From Camelus dromedarius (lineage: Eukaryota), in NCBI RefSeq assembly GCF_036321535.1, contig NC_087436.1, positions 35,776,001 to 35,840,000 of the forward strand: DNA of 64,000 bases, given 5' to 3'. How positions within the stretch are numbered: position 1 is the stretch's first letter; each line of letters starts with the position of its first letter. A program made the position numbers and the translations under genes. The notes under the pieces are model-generated. The model did not search any database and was not told the origin of the DNA. It was given only the letters and a program-made list of their open reading frames with translations. Below are positions 1 to 9,998 of the stretch, one piece after another.

Positions 1-399
1 TTGTGTTCCCTCAGCTCTTTCCTCTGCCCCATCTCTCCATCGCCCTTGTTCTCATCCGACAAAAAGGCACAGGTTTCTGTTACTCTAAAAATCTTCCTCA
101 GCTGTTACCTGCCTCTAGTTAGTTTCCTATCATCTCAAAACCTCTAGAGTAGTTTAAAGCTGTTACCTGCATGTACTCACCACCCACGCATTTCCTGATC
201 CCATGCGATCTGGTTTTTATTACAATTTCTCCTAAATAGTAAAGACCAAATTTAGCTGGGAGTCTGCACAGCTTCTGACATTTAGTTACTAATTTCCATC
301 TTGAAAGTCTTCTCTGGATTCTAAAACATACCAGCCTTTCGATGCCTATGTTTCTTTGACCACCCTTCTGGCCTACTGGCTCTAAATCCCCATTCTGCT

Positions 400-1180
400 C
401 CCTAAACCAAAGTATGTTCCTCAAGGTTTTGTCCCTAGCCTGCTTTTAATTCCATTCTTTCCCTTAGGAACCTAGGCTGCAGATTCCCCATCACCCTCAT
501 GTGGGTGACAGACCATCACCCACCTCTCAAACTTCAGACTTTTTTCTCAGTAACCTACTGGCAACTCACCTGCCCTTTAAGAGTTTATCCCAACAGAACT
601 CATAACTTTCTCACCCCACATACCTCCTAAGCTAATTCCACCCATTTCTTTTAACAGACCTATAATTTTCAATGCTTTCCTCCGTCTCAGACCCACACAC
701 AAATAACCGCAGTCCTACAGACTTGCCATTTGTGACCCCTTCTTCCCGTTCCTACTGACCTCCAAGCTAGTTCTGACCCTTCGCGCCTCCACCTTTCTTT
801 TTCTAAATTGGTCTCCTTACCTTAATATCTGCCATTTTAATCTCCCGCAATTCTTCTACACATACCTACAATCCCACACAGAGGGACTGGCTGTGTCTTA
901 GAATCATCTGGGGTGCTTCTAAGACAAACAAAAGCCAAAGCCTCACCCAGGACACAAGTTTTGTTTGTTGTTGTTTTACTCCCAGATGATTTTAACCCAC
1001 AACTAAAGTTGAGATCCACTGCTAGCCAAACTGGAACTCACTTTTCTTAAACACACACCTTGCTTTCTTACATCAAATTTCTTCAGCTAGTTTGGTCTGA
1101 CTCCTTTCTTTTGGTACTTATTCCTATGCCTTGGACTACCATTAGTCCACTGTGCTTTAACAAATTTGTTAAACTGATAA
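400..1180 (+). mobile_element. Degenerate L2 LINE 3' fragment, interrupted by a MER5-like hAT element (about 890-1025)
   Basis: Pyrimidine-rich L2-like motifs. The insert reads TTAGAATCATCTGGGGTGCTT...GTTGAGATCCACTG, as in MER5. Confidence 0.5.
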
Positions 1181-1309
1181 ATTAACCTGAAACTTTGCTT
1201 CAAACCCTCCCCTTACCCATCAACCAACCTCTCCTCTCTTCCAATCATTTACCACAGGTACATATGCAGCGAGCAGTTTTTTTTTTTTAAGTTTACTTTA
1301 TTTTGGCAA

Positions 1310-1428
1310 CTAGATCATGACTTTAGGTAAGTAACCTCTCTGAACCTGGCTTTCTCATCTCTAAATTTTAAAAGATGGATTAGATGACCTCTAAGTTTCT
1401 TCCTACTACTGAAATTATGATTCTATGA
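1310..1428 (+). mobile_element. MIR SINE fragment
   Basis: Core motif GACTTTAGGTAAGTAACCTCTCTGAACCTGGCTTTCTCATCT, followed by ATTAGATGACCTCTAAG...TGATTCTATGA. Confidence 0.7.
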
Positions 1429-4400
1429 TTATTTTACCAAAACAAGGTCTTGGACTACTTACTAGTGAATAATAGAGGTTTCTAGTATATTTTCCAAAAT
1501 CACCTACTTCAAAACAGTTCTAGGTCCTCTGATGTTTTTGCTATTAGAATTATTGCCATATCTTGTATGATTCAACTCACAGATTGACACCAATCTTTTT
1601 AATAGTACAAAACAGAACATTTAAATCTGCTTTTTAATCACTGTAATCCTGATGCAACCAGAATAATGGCAAGAAATGTCATCACACAAGTTCTTAAATC
1701 TAGATACCAAGTTACTTTTACAAACTGATCAAATCAATTTGTTCTATACCATACAAACTTGGCCAGCACACATGCTGTTTTCAGATGAAGTTGTTAATTT
1801 TAATATTAACATGAAAAATAATCACGGCAATGATGTCGTTTGCTACTTATTCCTGATAGCTAAGTGTAAGTAATATGTGCAGAAAAACATTCCATGTCCT
1901 GAATTATGGTCAAATATATTAATTATGAAGGAAAAACTTTCTGGCAAAGAAAGGCTAATGTACACCATGAAGGCACCAGGCTTGCTGCTGAGAAATGAAG
2001 ACAGTCCTGTAACTGGTTCTGTGCTAGCTGTCACAAACATTTTATCTTCTGAAGCAAGGCCTTTGTTTCTACATTCTCAAAGGAACACATTGAGCTTAAA
2101 AAAAAAGCAATTCCCAGATTGCCAGGTAAAATCACCCAGGAAGCTTTTTAAGATGAAGAATACCAATATCCTCCCCTGGAGGTTCTTCGGGTAGAGTAGT
2201 CTGAGCTATGACACAGACTTCTCGTTTTTAACTTTTCTAACTAGTGACCTATTTGTTTTCATATATGGTTGAAAAACAAAAAGCAAGTATATTCCAAGAT
2301 CCATTTCTAGCTCTACAATTCTTCTGCATATGGAGTAATGCACATAGTAGTTGTTCTGTAAATGTAGCAAAATGGCTTAATAATGGTCTGAGAGAACAGC
2401 AGAAGAATCAATAGCTTGTCACTGCAGTACATGGCTGTCTTTATCAGCGAAATAACCGAAGCCTTCCAATTGTCAATTTGCCAAAAGGGGAATTTAAAGT
2501 TTTGTTTTCAAGATGTTCATAAACACCAAACTTTCTCTTGCAATTAAAAAAATATATATTTATGGTGGGAGATGGGGTAGAGGTTAAGATGAGAATTGTC
2601 TAGATACTCTATTTTTTGTTGTTTCAATATTTCAATGTTTGAAAATGGGATTGTACTTTTCTGCTATAGAGTAAAAACAAAAACAAACAAAAAACTAGTC
2701 TGAAATACATCACTCTACAAAAAAGGGAAAGATTTAGGAAAAGGAGACAATTAAAAAAATTAATCTTCTGGAAATGAATCCTGAGTTTGGTTCCAGTATC
2801 AACTTTAGTGTAAAAACATGGTTAGTTTTTAACTCATTTCCTTTCATTATAAAAACTAGTTTTTAATTTTTACTTTTCTTAGTAATGACTGGAATGGTCT
2901 ATGGTTTGGACTTTGAAAACCATATGATAATTATAACAGGCTATAACTTAAGGATTCATCTTGGGTCTTCCTGAGAAGCAGTACATCTACTTTTTCACAT
3001 TTCATTTTTCTGCTGGGTTACATTTTGAAACTGTTCACAGGAAACTACTCAATTACAGAAATTCTAGAAATCCTATAGGTTTTATTCACAATTAAATTAT
3101 CTAAATAAAACTTCTTTGAATGAAAAGAATGGTAGTCAGGAAATATGCTGGAAAGGAACTATTGAACAAAAATACTCACTTGTCAAGATGTGGCAGTTGA
3201 GGAAGAGGTGCAAAACTGAAATAAGAAGGAAAGATTAGCCCATCTATTTGGTATTTGTCACTTGGCAGTATCAAATAAATGGCAGTAGCATGGTAAGAAA
3301 TTCCAGCATTGCTGATGCTTTCCAAGCCTTAGCACTCTGAAATGGTCATCAGTATTTGGTTCAAAAGCCTAGGACTCATAAGCACTTATGAAGACACTAA
3401 TATTTTTTCCTTATAGGTTTAAACCATCACAAAGGAGGAAGTTTTGATCAAAGTGTTTATGCTTTGCACCTGACAAGCACACACTGGACATCTGAACCTC
3501 TAACCTATCGCTATTTCCAAACACGCGCCTGACATTATGCCCGAGTACATCCAGAGCCCTGGCGGAGCGGACTACCATCTCACTATTGTCATTTTAATGT
3601 ATTCCACACACAGCCAGAAGTTAAAACTCCACAGCATACCTCATTCTCATAAAAGTTATAAATTTCTTTCAATAAAAGCTGCAGCTTCTTAGTCTGGTTA
3701 GCATAGCTACAGACAGCTCTTACAACTCCTAATCACACCAAGGATCTGAATAACAAAGGAAAGTTACACAGTATTTTGAGGGAGTCTGTTTATACACTTC
3801 ATCAAGGAGCCAATCTCAACGAAATATTCAGTATTAAGGGACCAGTGATAACATCACATAACTTGAGTACAAGAGGAAATAAATTCACATTTTGAAATAC
3901 TGTAGATTATGAAATAGCCTTCAAAACACAAATACTCATTAAAAAAAAAATCCCTGCTTCCAGAGCAAATACTTGATTATATCAAATGTCACATTGCCAA
4001 CTAATAGGTTTAGTGGCTTGATGAAAAAGCATTAAAACAAGTTTCTATCACGTATGTCTTGTCTGATTACAACAAAATCAAAGCCTATTTACAAAGAATA
4101 AATACTCCTAAAGCTGGTAGCCAAATCACGTAAGAGACATCAACCAAAAGAGCTGGACAAGAGCTTTGACAGCCTAAATCCTGGGTTCAAATTATGTCAA
4201 CATCTGATTCTCAAATACAGATTTATTCAGGTTTGACACATCACTCAGGAATAGGGAGGAGTTAGTGGAACTGGGACTGAGGATTCACATGAATGAAATT
4301 TTTTCAGACCCAATGATTCTATGTCATGGCTTCCACTGACTAAAACTAAAAATATTTACCTTTTCTAAATAGAGTTTCAGGCCCTCAGATTTCTTATTCC

Positions 4401-5104
4401 ACAAGACATGACAAAATATCATTTGATCAGGCCACATTAAAGACTTATTAAAGGAAATGAAAACGTAAGGACCAGAATGTTTTTAAAACATCTTTTTGAT
4501 AATGTTAACCATTCCCTTGGTGCACTCTTAACTTCTAGAGTGTTTTTTTAAAGTGACAGTGCCAGAGACTTCTAGCATGCCTGTAGAACTAAGTTCTTTA
4601 AGTTTTGTTGATGAAAACTAATTTCTGACTAATCCAAGAGTTAAGATAAACTTTTTTTTTAAACATACAGTTACGTCCCATTCCAAGAAACTGATACACA
4701 CAAAACCCTTTGCTTACCAAACAGCCAAAATAGGGAGGAATCGTTAATACTAACCACAAAAATAATTTTCACTTTGTAAAGTGATTCACTTGGGCATTTG
4801 TTGAAACAGAATTTTGATGACAAAACCTTGATTAATGCATTTTTCAGGAAACATCTAGTTCAAAATTTGAGCTCATCTGCATCTAGATTTGGTATGTTAA
4901 GGGAGAGAAAGAAAATGGGTATGCATAAAGTCAAAGCAAATGACAAAAACCACAACAGTACAGGCTCATAAATGAAGAAACCAAGAGACAGTTTCATTAA
5001 TTAATATATTTTCTGCATTATAGTTAACATATGTACTTTCCTCGTGTCACCTTATTTTCCGTTACGTATTGATATTTTGTTATATTCAGACATGAGTACA
5101 TTTC

Positions 5105-5111
5105 AACAGTC
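5105..5111 (-). promoter_or_regulatory. miR-132/212 7mer-m8 site in the SPRY1 3' UTR
   Basis: Plus-strand AACAGTC equals miR-132/212 nt 2-8. Confidence 0.6.
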
Positions 5112-5243
5112 TTTTGCAATAAATATCATAAAATAATAGAGATTCGCATAATAAATATTCTTTACAATAAAAAAGTTTAACAGACTTTTGTCTTAAAAAT
5201 AGTCAAAATTCAACTTTGTGATTTATACATAAAATATACAAAA

Positions 5244-5250
5244 AGCACCA
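5244..5250 (-). promoter_or_regulatory. miR-29 7mer-m8 site in the SPRY1 3' UTR
   Basis: Plus-strand AGCACCA equals miR-29 nt 2-8, so the mRNA has UGGUGCU. Confidence 0.7.
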
Positions 5251-5766
5251 CAATTTGTGGTTAAGGCAATGAAAACACAGACAAGATTAGAATTACTCAG
5301 CTGTTAACTAACCCAGGGGCCAAAAGCCATTAAGGAGCCAAGATCACTTTAGGCAGCATAGTTCTGTGACACCTCTAGATTGATCAGCTATAAATATCAA
5401 CTTCAGTTATCCAAGTGCCCTCAACGACAGGAGAAATTTGGTGAAAAGCATGGGGTACAGAAGGAAGGTAGTCGAGTCCTTCACAAATATGGAAGCCTGA
5501 ATAAGGATGAGCAAGATACAACCAATATATCTCCAATTTGAAGACTTACACTGTAAGGCGAATCTAAAATTGCACAGAACAAAACAACCCTGGCATCTCT
5601 AGAATAACATAATGCCAAAACTGAGGGGAGAGAACGCTGAGGGGTGAGAAGGAAAAGGTAGTGGTTAAAGGAGAGTTTTAATGTTTTTAACAAAAACAAC
5701 CCGCCCCAAGCTCTTCAAGGGTCCAATTCGATGAAGACAGCCCTAACTGGAGATAGATTTAATACA

Positions 5767-5774
5767 TAGCTTAT
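5767..5774 (-). promoter_or_regulatory. miR-21 8mer site in the SPRY1 3' UTR
   Basis: Plus-strand TAGCTTAT equals mRNA AUAAGCUA, an 8mer match to miR-21 (UAGCUUAU...). SPRY1 is an established miR-21 target. Confidence 0.85.
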
Positions 5775-6198
5775 TTAAGCAATTAGACAGTTGCTTCTTT
5801 AAACCAATTTCCCTGCTCCCAGAGTACCCAATCAAAAACAGCTCTAAATCACTGTAGTCTGGGTGTGTGTGTGGATATGTTCACGTGTACAACTTTGGAA
5901 AGTTGCTTGCAGAACAAAAAGGCTACACAAAAGCCCACGGGCTCAATACCCTCTCGAGTGGATGGCAGAGGCTCGTGTCACAAGGGGGAGCCAGGTGCAG
6001 TTTCACAGTTCACTCTTACTGAAGATCATCCATTAGAGAAGAGTAAAATCCATGAGTCAGACCTTGGGAAGAGGGGGAGAGAAGGTGGGAAACAGGGAAA
6101 AACTGTAACGAAAATAAAACCAGTATCTAATGGGATCTTTTTTTAACAGCCACAGCTTGAAAGCTAGAAGTTCAGGAGGTCCAACCCACCTCCAAAAA

Positions 6199-7158
6199 TC
6201 ATGACGGTTTGCCCTGACCCCGGGAGGGGCAGCTCTCCAGCTTACAATAGACAGTGTTGGAGTTCTTACATCTGCACCCTGGGCGATGAATCCAGTCATA
6301 ACACCCCCTGCACAGCTTCAGGCATCCCTTAGCAGGAGGATAACAGAGTAAGCAAGGTAAAAAGAGAGACATGGCTCCCATACACAGGTACCTAGAGCAG
6401 CAGTGTGACTGTGAACAGGAGCAAGGATTATCCGAGTAAGAATCCCCTTCATCATCATTGGAGCAGTGGTAGAAGATGCCCTTGACTAAGCACATGCAGG
6501 TGCCATATTCCACCATGCTCTCAGCAGAGCAAAGGCACTGCCGGTTACAGGCCAAACAGGAGGGCAGGGTCCTGGGAGCTGTGCATTCTCCACACTTGCA
6601 CTTCCCACACTGTTCACAAATGAACTTGTGCTGTGTCAGGTCCTCCTTCAAGGAACCCTTTAAGTCATCCACAATCAGCTGCTTGGGCTGGGTCCGGATT
6701 GCCCTTTCCACCCTATGGCCAGGGATGGGCCTGGTTGGTGGTGACCGTCCCAGCAGGCCCTGCTCAGAAGAGGCACTGCTGTTGCTCCCAGAACTGGCTG
6801 CACTTCCAGTGCTGGTCGATCTGCTCAATATGGGGCCTCTGGCATTATTTGAGAGTCCTGCATGTCCCAGGTGGCTGGTAGGTCTATGCTCATAGTTATT
6901 ATTCACATTAATTGGTATGATTTCATGAGTCCTTTCATGCTTTTCTTGTCTTGGTGCTGTTCGAGGAGCAGGTCTTCTCACCGCGGACGGCCCTTCTGTG
7001 TACTCATTGCTGCCTCTGATGGCCTTTATCTGGTCTAAGGACAAAATAGCAGCAGGCTGAATCTCTCTCTCATAGTCTAACCTCTGACGGCTATCCAAAG
7101 CAGGCTGCTGGATCACAACTAATGAACTGCCACTGCCATGGTGATTTTGGGGATCCAT
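6199..7158 (-). CDS. SPRY1: Protein sprouty homolog 1 (319 aa, CDS within a single exon)
   Basis: ORF MDPQNHHGSG...RGQGKPS has the Sprouty N-terminal NEYTEGP motif (Tyr53, the c-Cbl-binding tyrosine), a serine-rich segment (SRSTSTGSAASSGSNSSASSEQ) and the C-terminal Cys-rich SPR domain (FICEQCGKCKCGEC...GCRCKNSNTVYCK). Length and sequence match mammalian SPRY1 as I recall it. Confidence 0.99.
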   Translation of the reverse strand: MDPQNHHGSGSSLVVIQQPALDSRQRLDYEREIQPAAILSLDQIKAIRGSNEYTEGPSAVRRPAPRTAPRQEKHERTHEIIPINVNNNYEHRPTSHLGHAGLSNNARGPILSRSTSTGSAASSGSNSSASSEQGLLGRSPPTRPIPGHRVERAIRTQPKQLIVDDLKGSLKEDLTQHKFICEQCGKCKCGECTAPRTLPSCLACNRQCLCSAESMVEYGTCMCLVKGIFYHCSNDDEGDSYSDNPCSCSQSHCCSRYLCMGAMSLFLPCLLCYPPAKGCLKLCRGCYDWIHRPGCRCKNSNTVYCKLESCPSRGQGKPS

Positions 7159-7250
7159 GTGTAGTGATCTTGAATTCTGGCAATCAGTGGAAACCTGGCA
7201 TGCATCTGAAATCCTAAAAGGAAATCAAAGATGAAAAAAAAAAAAAACAA
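7159..7250 (-). other. SPRY1: Splice acceptor and 55-nt 5' UTR part of the SPRY1 coding exon (exon starts at 7213)
   Basis: The minus strand reads a long U tract, then CTTTGATTTCCTTTTAG|GATTTCAGATGC. The AG is at 7215-7214, 55 nt upstream of the start codon. Confidence 0.85.
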
Positions 7251-9077
7251 AACAGAAAATAAATGACAAGCAGCATTTGGGGGAGGGGAGAGGCGAGAAA
7301 TCCTGTCAAATCACAAATTGCCTAAACCACCTGGTAATGATCTCCCTCACCAGCGGATTGCAATGATGCTGGGTTCCTGGCCAGAATCCAATTCCAAGAG
7401 AGGCTGAGGACCACATCATAGAAGAAGAATGTAAGCAAGAGACCCCATGCCACAAGAATTAGAAGTTTTTTCAACTTTTAAAAGCAGAATCAAGAAGTAA
7501 TGCCTTCCTGTTTGCAAATCTAACAAACAATTAAAATGGAGTATGCCCTAGTGGGGAATATTAAGTACACGCACTAATAAATACCTCACCTAAAGAGAGC
7601 TCAGTATCAGTTCATGGGTGTTTTACATAAACAAAAATATCCACTTAAAAAAAAATTAAGAATGGCTTTGGTGCTGTTGCCTTTTGTTATTTGTTTGCTG
7701 TTACAGATTCAATTAACCTTGAGGAAATTAGTGAAGGCATACTTCACGCATTAAAAAAAAAAATCCAAGAGATTCCAAACTAAAATGGAATCTCAAAGTA
7801 AGAGATCATTTGCAGTAGAAGCTAGAATTTTAAAGCTAGCTCATTATTAGCTAGCAAAAGCGAATGTAGGCAAATACAACAGTTCTTGGTGTTTTACAGC
7901 CTCTAAAGCACACACAAAACTCAATGTACAGTTCTATGAATGTGAGAGTATTCACACTTGAAATCACGAAAGGATTTTTTTTTAAGTTTAAATAAGGGCT
8001 CACATACATAACGAGATAACTTTCACATACAAGTAAGTATTAGGCCTTTAAATTAGTATGGGGAAATCCTGGCCATTTTAATTATCTGTATTCCTCTAAT
8101 TTAAAAATCTGTATTTACATGCCAGATCTTGATTTTCAAAAGTACTGCCAACTCTGAATCAGTGTGCTTCTTGTAATAAAGTACAGTAATATCCTGATAA
8201 AAATAAGCATGTGTTTCCACACCAACAGTAAATTGTTTCTAATTTATAATGCATTCTTTATAAAACAATCAAACATAAAAAAGTTTCCGTTTTCAGTCAG
8301 TGGTAAACTAGAAAAATTTTCACACAAATTCCTCCCAAAATCTACAAATTTGATCCAATTCAAGAAGGAAATGAAAAAAAAGCCAATTCTCCACTACCAC
8401 CTTGAACCAAAACACACCAGTTTAAGGAACAAAGTGGAAATAAGCCCATTTCATCTATTAACTCCACTGAAAGTCCCTAGACTAAGTCTTACATGTAAAC
8501 TTCTTGGAGTTCCCCTCCTTCATCCTCCCAACTCAGATCCTCAACTTTCTACTGTGTTCTACCTTCTCTGCACAAGAGGAGAAACACACTCACAACCTGC
8601 TAAGTTTAGTCCTGGAGTCCTTAAGGACTGTTACAAATATTCCATCGTTATTCTAAACAATATCATTCCTCCTCCCAAAGAACTTTTTAACGCAGTGCTT
8701 TTAAAGCCAAGAAACCTCTAAAAGTACTAAGTCAGATTCCACACGAAAGAAAACAGCGTGGATCTGAAGAGGACAGGAAAGACACCAGGCACGACTTTAA
8801 TCCAAGTTTTAAATGCTAGCTGTAACAAAGTTCATGCTGGCTAGAAAAGCAGACTACCAGATAAAGAGAAAAAGTCAAGAAAATCAGCCACCTCTATCTG
8901 CTGCAAAGCCCCCTTTCCAGCAGTGACAGTCCTCCATCTAGCCCCAAACACGCTCGCTCGCTCTGTTTTCCCCCAAGAAACCCCCGAGTCGAAGTCGAAT
9001 ACCTTTTCGAACAATCCCATCACAGCCTAAGGATCACCGCGGATTTCCAAAACCTTTTGGCGTATCCCACCAAGGAT

Positions 9078-9086
9078 GCTTACACA
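9078..9086 (-). other. SPRY1: Candidate splice donor of an alternative non-coding exon (exon ends at 9084)
   Basis: The minus strand reads TGT|GTAAGC at the gene-proximal edge of the CpG island. Confidence 0.45.
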
Positions 9087-9414
9087 TCAGGAAGAGCCTT
9101 CACGGCGAAAGCGGGCGCCAAAAAGCAAGCCCATGGCAGGGAGGGTTATAAATAAAAATCTGTCTACACTTTAAAGGAAAAGACGGCTTCCTAAAGAGCC
9201 GGGGAGCCGCGAGTCGGGGGCAGGGGCGGCAGAACGGCGTCGCCACATTGCCAGTTACCACGGCAGAGCTGCGCCCTCTGCGATCCGCGCGCAGACGAGC
9301 GAGGAATAAATAGTTGACGGAGAGGAAGGAAAAGGAAAAAGTTATGAATGAAAACAAGTTTTCTCTCTCGCTCCCTCTCTCCCGGGCAGGAGGAGGGGAG
9401 GAGGCTGAGGTTAC

Positions 9415-9423
9415 CATTACCTC
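9415..9423 (-). other. SPRY1: Candidate splice donor of an alternative non-coding exon (exon ends at 9421)
   Basis: The minus strand reads GAG|GTAATG, with a second GTAACC 6 nt further on. Confidence 0.5.
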
Positions 9424-9989
9424 AGGAGGGCGGACTTCCCCACTTTTAAAGTGGCAGTGCCCTCTCCCCTCCCCGCGCCGCTCCACCGCTCTCGCCACAA
9501 GAATAAAGTGAAGGCTCGATGGGGCGCAGACTGACTCGGCCCGGGGGTCACCAGCGAACTCCGGGCTTGCACACGTCGTTCCCGGGCCGCAGTCAACGGG
9601 AACCTCCGACCCGGAAAGCCCGCCGCGGGTACCTGCAGAGCAGCTCCGCGGCACTCCCCGCCCCCGCCCCGCCAAAAGTCTCCCTGAATGCGCCTTTCGC
9701 GTAGAGGATCCTTCTGACCCCGGGTCACGGCGCCACCACTCCAGGCGACTGGAGACAGGGAACTCCGCCTCGCCGTCCTCCGCGGCTGTGGAAGGTCGCT
9801 CGCCCGGTTACCCGACCCCGAACGCCCCAGCGGGAGGACCGGCGCCGCGCACTGGGGGCGCCCCCTCCCCTTCCCCCTCCCCTCGCGCGGTCCCGGTCCC
9901 CGCGCCACTCCCCGGGGCCCGCACCTGCCGCCCGGCCCGGCCCGCCCGCGCGCCTCACGCCCCCCGCAGCCCGAGGGCGATCGCCCAGC

Positions 9990-9998
9990 ACTCACCTA
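9990..9998 (-). other. SPRY1: Splice donor of an upstream non-coding SPRY1 exon (exon ends at 9996)
   Basis: The minus strand reads TAG|GTGAGT, a near-consensus 5' splice site inside the CpG island. Confidence 0.75.

Larger units (their letters stand above)
4980..6198 (-). other. SPRY1: SPRY1 3' UTR (3' end approximate)
   Basis: Repeat-free sequence after the stop codon, becoming AU-rich distally. It has two UAUUUAUU elements (5118-5125, 5150-5157), variant poly(A) hexamers near 4993-5010 and a GU/U-rich tract just downstream. Confidence 0.65.

Noticed and set aside
6476..6895. 139-aa and 82-aa plus-strand ORFs antisense to SPRY1
   Set aside because: They are shadow frames of the real CDS, with no recognisable domain or independent gene structure.
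8164..8721. 185-aa plus-strand ORF in the SPRY1 intron
   Set aside because: It has a non-ATG start, K/F/L/I/S-biased composition typical of AT-rich non-coding DNA, and no domain.
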